DNA of 64,000 bases from Candidatus Tenebribacter burtonii. Lineage in GTDB: Bacteria; Cloacimonadota; Cloacimonadia; Cloacimonadales; TCS61. This document shows, piece after piece, positions 1-10,458 of the stretch. Location of the stretch: contig JAVCCF010000037.1 in the NCBI GenBank assembly GCA_030765625.1, forward strand, positions 1,716 to 65,715, read 5' to 3'. The number at the start of each line of letters is the position of its first letter. Positions within the stretch are counted from its first letter, which is position 1. The position numbers and the translations under genes are program-made. Below the pieces are notes generated by a model, which ran no database searches, was not told the origin of the DNA, and was given only the letters and a program-made list of their open reading frames with translations.

Positions 1-52
1 AAATAAGCAGTAATAGAAAGTTGCTAATAAAAAAAGTAGGAGGTGAGTAAGT

Positions 53-418
53 TTGACTATATCAATAGATCCTAATAAAAAATTCAGAAAAGAATTGAAC
101 TCGGGAATAGTCTCTATGGTGCTATTGAGCATAATGACTCAAGCAAAAGAACCGATGTATGGTTATCAGATCGCCAAGAATCTTGAAGGAAAAGGAGAAG
201 ATGTACAGATGATGAAACAAGGTGCGCTATATCCTGTATTACGCTCTTTAGCTGCATCAGGTTTATTACAAAGCCATGTAGATCCATCAATAACCGGTCC
301 ACCAAGACGTTATTATCAGATCACTGATTCAGGTAGAGAAACATTATTAGAATGGAAGAAGATTTGGAATGAGACGAAAACCTATATCGACAGTATAATA
401 GGAGATGAGAATGTATAA
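53..418 (+). CDS. PadR-family transcriptional regulator
   Basis: TTG start 9 nt after AGGAGG (38-43). Winged-helix PadR signature MYGYQIAKNL...GALYPVLRSLAASGLL...RRYYQITDSGRETL. 121 aa. Confidence 0.85.
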   Translation: MTISIDPNKKFRKELNSGIVSMVLLSIMTQAKEPMYGYQIAKNLEGKGEDVQMMKQGALYPVLRSLAASGLLQSHVDPSITGPPRRYYQITDSGRETLLEWKKIWNETKTYIDSIIGDENV

Positions 419-1298
419 AAGTATTGATGAATTTTTATTAGTTTTGAAACAGGAATTGAAAGGGAATGATAAAGCATTGATACAGGATGTTCTATCAGAT
501 GCTGAAGAACATATTCGTACTGCTATTGAGAACATTACAAATACTGAACAAAATATAACAGAAGAAGAAGCACTTTCTCAAGCAATTGAAAGTTATGGAA
601 ATCCACCTGAAATAATTGCAGATTATAAAAAGATGGATGCATATCTGAAACCTATGCTTGCTCCATCAGAAAATATCGATAACAGACCATGGTGGAAGAA
701 GTTCTTACTTATTATTGCAGATCCTAGAGCATGGGGTGCTTCACTTTATATGGTAATCTCAATGCTAACCGGGATAATTTATTTTACTTGGGCTGTTACA
801 GGATTATCAGTTACGTTGTCCCTGTTGATACTCATTATTGGTCTTCCCCTTTTAGGAATTTTCCTGCTTTCGGTACGAGGAATTGCTCTTTTAGAAGGTA
901 GAATTGTGGAAGCTATGCTCGGAATAAGAATGCCAAGAAAACCAATGTTTGTAGCAAAAGACAAAGGATGGTGGGGAAAATTCAAGGCTCTTATCTCTTC
1001 GGGAATAACGTGGAAATCATTGATTTATATGGTATTGCAAATGCCATTGGGAATCTTCTACTTCACTCTTGTTGTAACCTTATTCTCAGTTTCATTATCG
1101 CTAATTGCTGCACCAATTCTTAAACTGATATTTCATCAATCAATGGAGATTAACAACACAGATGCTTATAATATCAAATGGCTTTTTCCGTTGCTACCAT
1201 TTGTTGGAGCATTTCTTCTGCTTTTATCACTACATTTAGCCAAATTAATTGGAAAATTGCATGGTCTCTTTGCTAAACTGATGCTGGTTAATAAGTAA
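411..1298 (+). CDS. PadR-associated membrane protein (helical N-terminal signalling module plus two repeated two-TM sensor-like modules)
   Basis: ATG 411 lies 6 nt after GGAG (401-404) and overlaps the PadR stop (416-418). N-terminal soluble helical part ends in YGNPPEIIADY. It is followed by two similar hydrophobic modules (WGASLYMVISMLTGIIYFTW... and TWKSLIYMVLQMPLGIFYFTL...). Confidence 0.6.
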   Translation: MYKSIDEFLLVLKQELKGNDKALIQDVLSDAEEHIRTAIENITNTEQNITEEEALSQAIESYGNPPEIIADYKKMDAYLKPMLAPSENIDNRPWWKKFLLIIADPRAWGASLYMVISMLTGIIYFTWAVTGLSVTLSLLILIIGLPLLGIFLLSVRGIALLEGRIVEAMLGIRMPRKPMFVAKDKGWWGKFKALISSGITWKSLIYMVLQMPLGIFYFTLVVTLFSVSLSLIAAPILKLIFHQSMEINNTDAYNIKWLFPLLPFVGAFLLLLSLHLAKLIGKLHGLFAKLMLVNK

Positions 1299-1315
1299 GG
1301 AATTTATTAAGAAAT

Positions 1316-1352
1316 AAAAATAACCTTCGATCAATGGTCGAAGGTTATTTTT
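1316..1352. terminator. bidirectional intrinsic terminator between convergent genes
   Basis: Perfect 13-bp stem AAATAACCTTCGA / TCGAAGGTTATTT with 7-nt loop. A-run on one side and T-run on the other. Confidence 0.75.
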
Positions 1353-1381
1353 GAAACTATTAGAAAGTTAAGAGCTAGTTG

Positions 1382-3442
1382 CTATTTTTCTCTTTTCTTC
1401 AAAATCTCTTCTTCAATAATTTTTGGTACCGCTTTATATTCACTAAATTCCATCGTAAAATCTGCTTTACCCTGTGTTACTGATCTAAACTGTGTTGCCA
1501 GTCCAAAAGTCTCAGAAAGTGGCATTTCAGAATCAATCTTGGTAAATTGGTTATCTATCACTGTATCTGATACAAGTCCTCTATTCTGATTTATTATAGC
1601 CATTATATTTCCTCGAAATTCTGAAGGAGTTTCCACTGAAACTTTCATCACGGGTTCGAGTATAATTGGCTTAGCCTTGCGATAGTTCTCTCTAAAGGCA
1701 GATCTTGTAGCAACTTCAAAAGCAAGTTGCGATGAATCCACAGCGTGGAAATCACCATCATCCAAAGTCATTTTTACACCAACCACAGGAAACCCAGCTA
1801 GATCTCCCTTTGCCAATGCAGAGAAAAAACCTTTTTCACAGCCGGGAATAAACTGGCTGGGAATATTTCCACCTCTTATCTTATCTTTGAAGTAATTATC
1901 ATCTTTTCCTGAATGAGTAAGAATTCCTTTAACACGTGCAAATTGACCACGACCACCAGATTGTTTCTTATGAATATAATCAAATTCGATTGCTTTTGTA
2001 ATGGTTTCTCGATATGAAACTTGAGGTGCACGAACTTCCAGATTCACACCATATTCTCTTCTCATCCTTTCGATATACACATTTAAATGCAATTCACCCA
2101 TACCATTAATTATTGTTTCATTGGTTTCTTCATCCACGTTTGCTTTAAAGGTGGGATCTTCTTTAGTGAATCGGGACAGAGCTTTAGAAAGTTTATCTTG
2201 ATCAGCACTGTCTTTTATTCCCAGTGCCAAAGATATAATAGGTTTTGGAACATATGATTCACGCATTGTATAATTAATATTTCTACCATTGAAAGTGTCA
2301 CCCAAAGCGCAGTCAACACCAAATAGAGCTACAATGTCACCAGCTTTTGCACTTGTGATATCTTCCATATTATTAGCGTGCATTTTCACAAGTCGGCCTA
2401 CTTTTACTTTGTTTCCTGTTCTTGCATTTCTTAGTTCAGATCCTTTTGATATAGTACCTTGATAAATCCGTAAGTATGTAAGCTGGCCATATTGTTGATT
2501 TTCTAATTTGAATGCTAAAGCAACAGCTGGTAAATCAGGGTCTGAAATCAATTTTATATCTTTCATATTATCATCTTTGTCGCGAGCAATATTTATACCT
2601 GTTGTTGGATCAGGGAGATAGCGAACCACTGCATCAAGAAGTAATTGAACACCTTTATTCTTGAATGCAGATCCCATAAATACTGGTGTCATCTCCATTG
2701 TAATTGTTGCTTTTCTCACGGCTTTGATGATCATCTCTTCAGTTTCATTCCCTTCCAAAAAAGCTTCTGCCAGTTCATCACTAAACATAGAAACAGCATC
2801 GATCATTTCTTCACGCATTTCTTCAGCTTTATCTACATATTCTGCTGGAATATCTTTTTCTAAAACTTGTTCACCTTTGGGTCCTGTAAAATATCTTGCT
2901 TTGCGGGAAATAAGATCAATAATACCTTCAAACTTGTCTTCCAGTCCAATTGGAATCTGCATAAGAACAGCATTATGATCCAGCTTTTCACACAATTGAT
3001 CTTTCACTTTTTCCGGATCAGCTCCCACTCTATCCAATTTATTTATGAAGGCAATATGAGGAACTCGATATCTCTTTAATTGTCTATCTACTGTATAAGA
3101 TTGAGATTGAACTCCGCTAACTCCACAAAGAACGAGTATCGCACCATCTAAAACTCGAAGTGCATTTTCTACTTCTATCGTAAAATCCACGTGCCCGGGG
3201 GTATCAATAACATTTAAGTTATGACCATCCCATCTTACATTTGTTGCAGCGGAGGCAATAGTAATACCTCGTTCCTTTTCAAGCTCCATGGAATCCATAG
3301 TTGCTCCCACACCATCTTTTCCCCGAACTTCACCAATTCTATATATTTTATTACAATAATATAATATCCGTTCTGCCAGAGTTGTTTTACCGGAATCTAT
3401 ATGAGCACTAATCCCGATATTTCTAAATTTTTTAATATCCAT
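1382..3442 (-). CDS. fusA: elongation factor G (stand-alone copy, not in an rpsL-rpsG-fusA-tuf context)
   Basis: G1 [10 protein letters not shown]3 DTPGHVDF, G4 NKLD. Full five-domain length, 686 aa. Confidence 0.9.
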   Translation of the reverse strand: MDIKKFRNIGISAHIDSGKTTLAERILYYCNKIYRIGEVRGKDGVGATMDSMELEKERGITIASAATNVRWDGHNLNVIDTPGHVDFTIEVENALRVLDGAILVLCGVSGVQSQSYTVDRQLKRYRVPHIAFINKLDRVGADPEKVKDQLCEKLDHNAVLMQIPIGLEDKFEGIIDLISRKARYFTGPKGEQVLEKDIPAEYVDKAEEMREEMIDAVSMFSDELAEAFLEGNETEEMIIKAVRKATITMEMTPVFMGSAFKNKGVQLLLDAVVRYLPDPTTGINIARDKDDNMKDIKLISDPDLPAVALAFKLENQQYGQLTYLRIYQGTISKGSELRNARTGNKVKVGRLVKMHANNMEDITSAKAGDIVALFGVDCALGDTFNGRNINYTMRESYVPKPIISLALGIKDSADQDKLSKALSRFTKEDPTFKANVDEETNETIINGMGELHLNVYIERMRREYGVNLEVRAPQVSYRETITKAIEFDYIHKKQSGGRGQFARVKGILTHSGKDDNYFKDKIRGGNIPSQFIPGCEKGFFSALAKGDLAGFPVVGVKMTLDDGDFHAVDSSQLAFEVATRSAFRENYRKAKPIILEPVMKVSVETPSEFRGNIMAIINQNRGLVSDTVIDNQFTKIDSEMPLSETFGLATQFRSVTQGKADFTMEFSEYKAVPKIIEEEILKKREK

Positions 3443-4067
3443 TTTATTTCCTCTTTTTTCTATATATCATTTCCCCATTTGAAGTTATACAAATTGAAAA
3501 AAGTACAATTAAAGATAATTAATCTATCTTATTAATTAACGTGACTATAAATTTTATGAAGGGTTATTATACAAGAAAAATATTTTTATGATTGAATTAT
3601 ATTTCTTTTCTTTCATTGATGATGAACAAGAAGCAAAATAAGAAAAAGTAATTAATGTGGTTTAGCAACTACTCCGATCATAAAATTATTATCTAATCTC
3701 TCTAAATAAACAAAATTGTAAATATATTGGGTATTATTTTCTAAAGTAAGAAGATTGATATAATTTAACCCATCATATTGCTTGATATTTGTTATGTATT
3801 CCTTAATAAACAGATATTTTCTGGAATTTTTTATAGAGAACATGTTCTTTCCGATAAAGTTTGGGTTACCTGAATATATTAACGCATTGCTATTTGTATT
3901 AAGGTAATTATTGGTTCGTATTTATGAAATTTTGATAGGGGATTTGTGGTTTAATAAATCATGTCTTTATCATTTTTCATTTATATAACAATTAAAATCT
4001 TGACATAATAATTACATAAACAAACAAATTGATTAGTTTATTAACTAAAAAATATTGGAGGAAAATT

Positions 4068-5075
4068 ATGAAAAAGATTTTTGGAATTTTGATTTTCACA
4101 TTTGTAGTATCTGTAGTATTTGCTACAACAATTTATGACATTCAGTATACTGATGTCCCTGGACCAGATGGAACATATCCTTCACTCTTTGAAGATCAAG
4201 AAGTTACAGTTACTGGTATTGTTACAGGTGTAGAATTTTCTCATTATAAAGACAACTTTTTTATTGAAATGTCAGATGGTGATCCTTGGTGCGGTGTATA
4301 TGTATTTATGGCTGGTGATACAACATTAGTGGTTGGTGATGAAGTTGAGATAACAGGAACAGTAAGGGAGTATAATGGTTTGACTGAAATCTCGGGCTAT
4401 GATGATACATTCATTAGTGTAACTCTGTTAAGTTCTGGAAATACTATTCCTGCACCAATAGTTGTACAAACTGCTGACCTTACTGATGCAGCAACTACTG
4501 AACCTTATGAAGGTGGTCTTGTTGAAGTAAACGATGTAGTTGTAACAGAAGAGCAAATAAATTTTGGTCAATGGTATGTAACTGATATTTCAGCAATTCC
4601 GTGTCAAATTGATGATGGATTCTTCTATTTAAATTCTGTAACCCCTGAAATTATAATTGTTTTAGGTATGGAGTGGGCAATTATTAGAGGATGTCTTGAT
4701 TACAGTTATGATGAATATGGAATCAATCCGAGAACTCCTGATGATTTAATAGATGAAGTTTCTTCCGATGAAAACACAGTTAATATTAATTCAGAATTCA
4801 TCGGTTGTTATCCAAACCCATTCAACCCACAAACAACTGCTTATCTAAATTTGAAAAATGATAGCAAGGTTACTTTAAATGTTTACAACATTAAAGGTGA
4901 AATGGTGAAAACTCTTGTTGATGAGAATCTTATAAGTGGTGAACATCATATTATTTGGGATGGTACTGATAACAATAACAGCAAGGTTTCAAGTGGTATT
5001 TATTTCTTTGAGTCTGATATTAATAATGACGGTGGTGATTATACAAGCGTTAAAAAGGTGATCTTACTTAAATAA
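4068..5075 (+). CDS. secreted protein with T9SS-type C-terminal sorting domain; N-terminal part unassigned (IYDIQ-type module, weak recall of nuclease-associated OB-like domains)
   Basis: ATG 4068 lies 6 nt after GGAGG (4057-4061). Signal peptide MKKIFGILIFTFVVSVVFA. C-terminus YPNPFNPQTT...VYNIKGEMVKTL...WDGTDNNNSKVSSGIYFF...KKVILLK. Confidence 0.6.
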   Translation: MKKIFGILIFTFVVSVVFATTIYDIQYTDVPGPDGTYPSLFEDQEVTVTGIVTGVEFSHYKDNFFIEMSDGDPWCGVYVFMAGDTTLVVGDEVEITGTVREYNGLTEISGYDDTFISVTLLSSGNTIPAPIVVQTADLTDAATTEPYEGGLVEVNDVVVTEEQINFGQWYVTDISAIPCQIDDGFFYLNSVTPEIIIVLGMEWAIIRGCLDYSYDEYGINPRTPDDLIDEVSSDENTVNINSEFIGCYPNPFNPQTTAYLNLKNDSKVTLNVYNIKGEMVKTLVDENLISGEHHIIWDGTDNNNSKVSSGIYFFESDINNDGGDYTSVKKVILLK

Positions 5076-5097
5076 GATTATGATCGGAAAGGAAATA

Positions 5098-5433
5098 ATG
5101 AGAAAGACTTTTAAAAAATTTGTTACTTTGCTGATAATATCTGGTATTGGGTATTTAGGGCTGAAGATATATCAACTTTTCAAAGGTCTTATTGAATTGG
5201 ATAAAACTCTTCCGCAGTATCTAGGTAATATTATTGGTGAAGTTCCAATTATATCAATTACTGCAATATTCAATAAAATTACTATTACAATTAAATACAG
5301 TAAAACTATCATCAAGAAAAATGAAAATTTAGAAAACATAATCCAAGATTATGTTACAGATTTTTACCCCATCTTTAAAGCTGATAATGTGAAAGTATTA
5401 ATAGAAGAATCCATTAAGGAAGAGCAGAAGTAG
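5098..5433 (+). CDS. hypothetical small membrane-anchored protein
   Basis: ORF with one N-terminal hydrophobic helix (FVTLLIISGIGYLGLKIY). Start ambiguous (ATG 5080 or 5098). Followed by a strong terminator. Confidence 0.4.
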   Translation: MRKTFKKFVTLLIISGIGYLGLKIYQLFKGLIELDKTLPQYLGNIIGEVPIISITAIFNKITITIKYSKTIIKKNENLENIIQDYVTDFYPIFKADNVKVLIEESIKEEQK

Positions 5434-5452
5434 TTCACTTAATATACTAAAA

Positions 5453-5485
5453 GGAGCTGAGAAATTTCTCAGCTCCTTTTTTTTT
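5453..5485 (+). terminator. intrinsic terminator
   Basis: Stem GGAGCTGAG / CTCAGCTCC, loop AAATTT, then a run of 9 T. Confidence 0.8.
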
Positions 5486-5574
5486 ATTAAATTCATAATC
5501 ATAATTCCATTTTCTGAAACAGAATGAATAGAATTATAAAAATTTACATATATTCATTATTATAGGTTAATATT

Positions 5575-5603
5575 TTGACATGTCACTTAAAATGATGTAT
5601 TAT
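5575..5603 (+). promoter_or_regulatory. sigma70-like promoter candidate
   Basis: TTGACA (5575-5580), 17-nt spacer, TATTAT (5598-5603). Lies immediately upstream of the truncated CTD reading frame. Confidence 0.35.
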
Positions 5604-5608
5604 CTTAA

Positions 5609-5947
5609 ATTTTAGGATTCAGTGTAGATGAACCAACAGACACAAACAATAACCTGCTTAACATCCCCAATGAATATTGCTTGCAGAACAACTACCCGAA
5701 TCCTTTAAATCCTTCTACAACAATTCGTTTTGGTTTAGCAGAAAGTGTTGATGTAAATTTGCAAATTTATAACGTAAATGGTCAGCTTATTAAAAGCTTG
5801 GAATCCGGTGTCTGTGAAGCCGGCTTCCATGAAGCTGTCTGGAATGGAGATGATAATAACGGCAAAAATGTTTCCAGCGGAATTTATTTCTATAAATTAT
5901 AAACGTCTGACTTCACATCAATGAAGAAAATGATTTTGCTCAAGTAA
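5609..5947 (+). pseudogene. remnant of a T9SS cargo gene: only the C-terminal sorting domain survives, interrupted by an in-frame TAA
   Basis: The frame opens at 5609 right after a stop, with no N-terminal domain or signal peptide. It encodes ...NNYPNPLNPSTTIRFGL...IYNVNGQLIKSL...WNGDDNNGKNVSSGIYFYKL, then TAA (5900-5902), then in-frame TSDFTSMKKMILLK-stop. That tail completes the consensus seen in the intact paralogs (YFYKLSTKDKTIMKKMLILK). Confidence 0.7.
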
Positions 5948-5968
5948 AAAATAAGAAAAGAAAAAATA

Positions 5969-5997
5969 GGGGAACCAGTAAGTTCCCCTTTTCTTTT
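5969..5997. terminator. bidirectional intrinsic terminator
   Basis: Stem GGGGAAC / GTTCCCC with 6-nt loop. T-rich tract downstream on both strands. Lies between the pseudogene and the convergent receptor gene. Confidence 0.65.
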
Positions 5998-6002
5998 GTC
6001 TT

Positions 6003-9000
6003 TTAAAACTTAACTTCCATTGTAAGGAACATATTGAAAAGTGGAGATGGTGTTAAATACATATACCTATTACTAGTTAGGTGATCATCTTGAAATTCAC
6101 CGTCTTCATCATAGTACCCTCGATTATAGTCTGAGGCAACCCGAGCTGAAAGGTAGTTTTCGTCTTCATTTAAAATGTTATTTAAATCAAATCTCAAAGA
6201 AGCATTCAAACCATTAACTTTGAAGGCATATTTAAAATTTACACCAATTTCATTAAATGCTGGTAATTTTGATGATACCATTTTATCTCTCAGACTAAAA
6301 TCACCAAGCCCTGCTCCTACGTATTCATAATTGTCCGGGCTTCCGATAACGTAATCTCCACCAATTGTTTGATAATATTCCTGCTCCGGAACGTAATCCT
6401 CAGCACCTGGATCCCAAACATAGTTACTTACATATTCATTCTCATAATTGGCATAATAGCCATCCCAGTATTTAGCGGTAAAACTAATTCTAAGTTTACC
6501 TTCCAGAGGCATATCTTCAAATGTGTAACCGATTGAACCGTTCAACATTGTTTCAGGTGAAAAAGGTACAACCTTTCCGATCATATCATCAGCGTCCATG
6601 TCGAAGATCTCATCGACATTCATCTCCGACCAACGATTAGTAGATAGTGTTACGGAAGTATTAGCATCAACGTTATTCCACTTCATTGTTGTGCTTAGTT
6701 CCAAGCCTTGATGGGTTGCCTGCCCAGCATTTAAGGTAAGGCTTGCATCATACTCATTAGTTACAATTGAAGTATCTGAAGTAGCAAATTCTTCAGTAAC
6801 AGGAATAGATACAGATTCGATCTTATCTTTGTATTTACTTATATAATAGTTTGCATTTACATCAAAAATCACTCCGTCATAACCTAAACCAAATTCAATG
6901 GTATTGATCTGCTCAGGTTTAAGCTCACCATAGAAATGCTCTTCGTTCTGATTGTAATAATTACCCCAACTTCCCATCACAATGTTTTTCATATACAATT
7001 GATTTCCATCCGGTCCATCATAACCGCTATACCATTCGCTGGTTCTTGGTTCCTTGTATGCCAAAGAATAATTTGCCATTATGTTGAAATATTCAGTTAT
7101 ATTATAATTAACGCCAAACTTGGGAGAGAAGAAAGAATAAACTTTCTTGTAATCATTATTATCGAATTTCAGAGTTGAATCAACATTAGTCATTTCCTTA
7201 GTAGAATAGAAATAATGACCTGTCGGTTGACCAGTTCCAAGATCATAAATTTCGATCTTGTTTTCTGCAATACTAGAAGTATAAACAGCATATTGTCCAT
7301 CAGCCATTATGTTGAGGTTGGAAATAGGTTTATATTGGAATCGAGCAAAACTAGACAAATTTAATACATCTGTTATGTAATCGTAAGATGTTTGCATCTT
7401 ATCATAAGTTGCAACACCACCATTATCATCATAATGCCTAAATGCTTCTACTTTGCCAATATGATTGGCATGCCAGCTTCTTAGTTCTCCACCAAGAACC
7501 ATCTTAAGCTGTTGGTTCAGATCATGTTGGTAATAAGTGTTCATTCCTGCCTGGAAATGATCGCTAATTCTGTTGTTCCGCCAACTATATTCATAGCGAG
7601 ATGGATCACCAAAGAAATCTGAACCGTTACCGCTAATTGGTACTGCTACACCTTCAGAATTCTCGTATGTAATCGCAGGTATCCAAATATTTAAGACTTC
7701 GATATAGGTGCTGTCATTTGGATTGAAGCCATCCACGATAATGTCATATTCTTCATATAAATAAAGAGCATGTTTACCAAAAACCTGGTTTTCCCACACT
7801 CCAGGATCAGTCTCATCTAGGAAGCCATCGTTGAAAGAAACATCCCCAGTGTTAATATCAAATTTATCCTGGCTCAGATATTTACCTCCACCATCACCTT
7901 TAGTTATAAATACATTGGTCATTAGAACCTGAGTTTCAGATATTTTCCATTCATCACGAACAGAGAATTGAGGTTTGAAATAATAGTTTTCTTGGTAACT
8001 GTGGTTATTTCTACTATAAGAACGACCCAAAGTTTCAAAGAGATCTGGGTCTGATTTAAAATAAACCTGATTATGTTCTTGAGGAGCACCGATAAAACTA
8101 GTATTTACCGTGTGAGATCCAATAATGTTCTGAGCTTCTAGTCCAAAAGAATAACCATCGTAATTGGTTCCATTCAAATAATAATCTCCACGTTTGCGTT
8201 CTAACATAAGATTATAATTAAATTTTCCACCAAATAAGTTTCCCGAGTTGTAGCGTAAGAGGACATTATAATTGTAAGGATTATAATCTTCAAGTTCACC
8301 TTCTCCATCTGCAGTATCTCCGTCTGTGTTGTATTGACCATATGAAGAACGTACTGTGATTTCAGGATCTGGAGTCGATCCCATTGTTTCGATATTTAAG
8401 GAGCCACCAAACGCACCAGAGCCATAAAGTGAAGAACCAGCTCCTTTTTGCACCTGAACCGATTTAACACTGGAAGAAAGTCCCGTCCAGTTACTCCAGT
8501 AAACTTTTTGACTCTCAGGATCGTTAACTGGGATGCCGTTAATTAAAACCTGAATCTTATCTGCTTCAAATCCACGCATTGTTATTTCAGCATCTCCGAT
8601 ACCTGTTGTGCTGGCAAATAAACCAGGAACATCTTCCAGCATTTGCGGCATATCACCTGTTGTATATTTATCTGAGATAGCTTCTTGATCAATATCTGTA
8701 AATGCGATGGGAGTTTCCCGCTTGACTGCTCTGTTAGCTGAAACTTTAATTCCTTCAATTTGTATTGCACTACTCTTAATCTGGAAATTTACGATTGCTG
8801 TGATATCATCTTCAACAAGTTTATTAGTTTTTTGGGATTCATAACCCATTAGGTGAACATTTATAGTATGTTCTCCTACTTGTACATTCTGCAAAATATA
8901 AGTTCCATCTGCTTTAGTATAGATTCCTGTTTGGGAATCTTCTAAAAAAACAGATACACCTTCAATTGCTTTTCCTGTTTCTGCATTTGTAACCCTTCCA

Positions 9001-9080
9001 GCTATTTTACCTGTTTGGCCTAATAAACTAATTGGAAGTAAAAAAATTAAAAAAATAAGTAATAGATTTTGATTCTTCAT
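6003..9080 (-). CDS. TonB-dependent outer-membrane receptor with N-terminal carboxypeptidase-regulatory-like domain
   Basis: Start at ATG 9080 (GGAGGA 4-5 nt upstream) rather than 9092. Signal peptide. GKIAGRVTNAETGKAIEGVSVFL beta-sandwich, plug region (ITMRGF...IQVLINGIPVND). Long barrel ending in the aromatic terminus ...TMEVKF. Confidence 0.85.
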   Translation of the reverse strand: MKNQNLLLIFLIFLLPISLLGQTGKIAGRVTNAETGKAIEGVSVFLEDSQTGIYTKADGTYILQNVQVGEHTINVHLMGYESQKTNKLVEDDITAIVNFQIKSSAIQIEGIKVSANRAVKRETPIAFTDIDQEAISDKYTTGDMPQMLEDVPGLFASTTGIGDAEITMRGFEADKIQVLINGIPVNDPESQKVYWSNWTGLSSSVKSVQVQKGAGSSLYGSGAFGGSLNIETMGSTPDPEITVRSSYGQYNTDGDTADGEGELEDYNPYNYNVLLRYNSGNLFGGKFNYNLMLERKRGDYYLNGTNYDGYSFGLEAQNIIGSHTVNTSFIGAPQEHNQVYFKSDPDLFETLGRSYSRNNHSYQENYYFKPQFSVRDEWKISETQVLMTNVFITKGDGGGKYLSQDKFDINTGDVSFNDGFLDETDPGVWENQVFGKHALYLYEEYDIIVDGFNPNDSTYIEVLNIWIPAITYENSEGVAVPISGNGSDFFGDPSRYEYSWRNNRISDHFQAGMNTYYQHDLNQQLKMVLGGELRSWHANHIGKVEAFRHYDDNGGVATYDKMQTSYDYITDVLNLSSFARFQYKPISNLNIMADGQYAVYTSSIAENKIEIYDLGTGQPTGHYFYSTKEMTNVDSTLKFDNNDYKKVYSFFSPKFGVNYNITEYFNIMANYSLAYKEPRTSEWYSGYDGPDGNQLYMKNIVMGSWGNYYNQNEEHFYGELKPEQINTIEFGLGYDGVIFDVNANYYISKYKDKIESVSIPVTEEFATSDTSIVTNEYDASLTLNAGQATHQGLELSTTMKWNNVDANTSVTLSTNRWSEMNVDEIFDMDADDMIGKVVPFSPETMLNGSIGYTFEDMPLEGKLRISFTAKYWDGYYANYENEYVSNYVWDPGAEDYVPEQEYYQTIGGDYVIGSPDNYEYVGAGLGDFSLRDKMVSSKLPAFNEIGVNFKYAFKVNGLNASLRFDLNNILNEDENYLSARVASDYNRGYYDEDGEFQDDHLTSNRYMYLTPSPLFNMFLTMEVKF

Positions 9081-9493
9081 TTGTTCCTCCATTTTATAAT
9101 TAAGATAGATTTACTTGTTGTATGATTTACGTGTCAAGAATATTCATAATATCATATGTCTTTTCCCATGAATTAACGTATTTTATCTGTATATTATTGC
9201 TCTTATATTCCTGAATGGCAATTTGTTATACATTATTCATGATCTGGGAATATCATTGATAATGAGAGAAACTTTTTAGTGTATACACTGTCTTAGCATG
9301 TTTAACTTGTTCTTTTAATTTACGAATTTATTGGTTACTTAAAATGAAATTATAAACGGATGGGCAATTATTAATTCATAAAAGTAAAACTACGAACTAG
9401 AACTTTTCTAAAAAATTATTTTATTCCAATAATTTCTAATTGACAAAATTAAGCTCAAAAACATTTTTTCAAAAAAAATAACGTGGAGAATTT

Positions 9494-10444
9494 ATGAAAA
9501 AAATCTTAGTTACAGGCTCAGTCGGACAGATCGGTTCGGAATTAACAATGCTATTAAGAGAACTTTATGGTAATGACAATGTAGTAGCAGGTGGAAATAG
9601 AACAAAACCCAGCAGAAAGTTATTAGAATCGGGTCCTTTCGAGATTGTAGATTGTACAAATGTAAAACAACTAGCAAAAACAGTTAAGAAATACAATATT
9701 GATACGATATATCATTTAGCAGCAATACTTTCTGCAGTCGCAGAAGCAAAACCGAATTTAGCTTGGAACGTAAATATCAATGGTTTGTACAACGTTTTAG
9801 AAGTAGCTCGAGAAAATAATTGTGCGGTATTTACTCCAAGTTCTATTGGTGCCTTTGGTCATTCCACCCCTGTAAACAATACTCCCCAAGATACAATTCA
9901 ACGACCAAACACTATGTACGGTGTAACCAAAGTTGCTGGAGAGTTGCTTTGTGATTATTATTTTAAAAGATTTAATGTAGATACGCGTGGTGTAAGGTAT
10001 CCAGGGATTATTTCTAATGAAACTCTTCCTGGAGGTGGAACAACTGATTATGCTGTAGATATATATTATGAAGCAATAAAAAAGAAACAATATACAAGTT
10101 TTCTAAAGGCTGGGACTTTCCTTGATATGATGTATATGCCGGATGCTTTGAAAGCAGCAGTTGACATTATGGAAGCAGATCCTGCTAAACTTATTCATAG
10201 AAATGCTTTCAATATTTCAACAATGAGCTTCGATCCCGAGATGTTAGGTGCTTCGATCCGTAAGCATATTCCTGAATTTAAACTGGATTATGAAGTGGAT
10301 GAAATGCGTCAGGCTATTGCTGATAGCTGGCCAAATAATATGGATGATTCTGCTGCTAAAGGAGAATGGGGCTGGAATTACGATTATAATCTGGCAAAAA
10401 TGACCGAAGATATGTTAAATGTACTATGTAAAAAACTGAAATAA
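9494..10444 (+). CDS. tdh: NAD-dependent epimerase-fold dehydrogenase, probable L-threonine 3-dehydrogenase (short-chain type)
   Basis: Rossmann motif ILVTGSVGQIGSEL and catalytic YGVTK. About 316 aa. kbl lies 1.1 kb downstream on the same strand. Confidence 0.65.
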   Translation: MKKILVTGSVGQIGSELTMLLRELYGNDNVVAGGNRTKPSRKLLESGPFEIVDCTNVKQLAKTVKKYNIDTIYHLAAILSAVAEAKPNLAWNVNINGLYNVLEVARENNCAVFTPSSIGAFGHSTPVNNTPQDTIQRPNTMYGVTKVAGELLCDYYFKRFNVDTRGVRYPGIISNETLPGGGTTDYAVDIYYEAIKKKQYTSFLKAGTFLDMMYMPDALKAAVDIMEADPAKLIHRNAFNISTMSFDPEMLGASIRKHIPEFKLDYEVDEMRQAIADSWPNNMDDSAAKGEWGWNYDYNLAKMTEDMLNVLCKKLK

Positions 10445-10458
10445 TTCTAGGAGGGATT

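Noticed and set aside
3652-3921. Minus-strand open frame (89 codons; ATG-initiated part 63 aa) in the AT-rich region upstream of fusA
   Set aside because: It has no RBS and no recognisable motif, and the frame opens right after a stop without an upstream start. It could be a gene fragment, but I cannot support a call.
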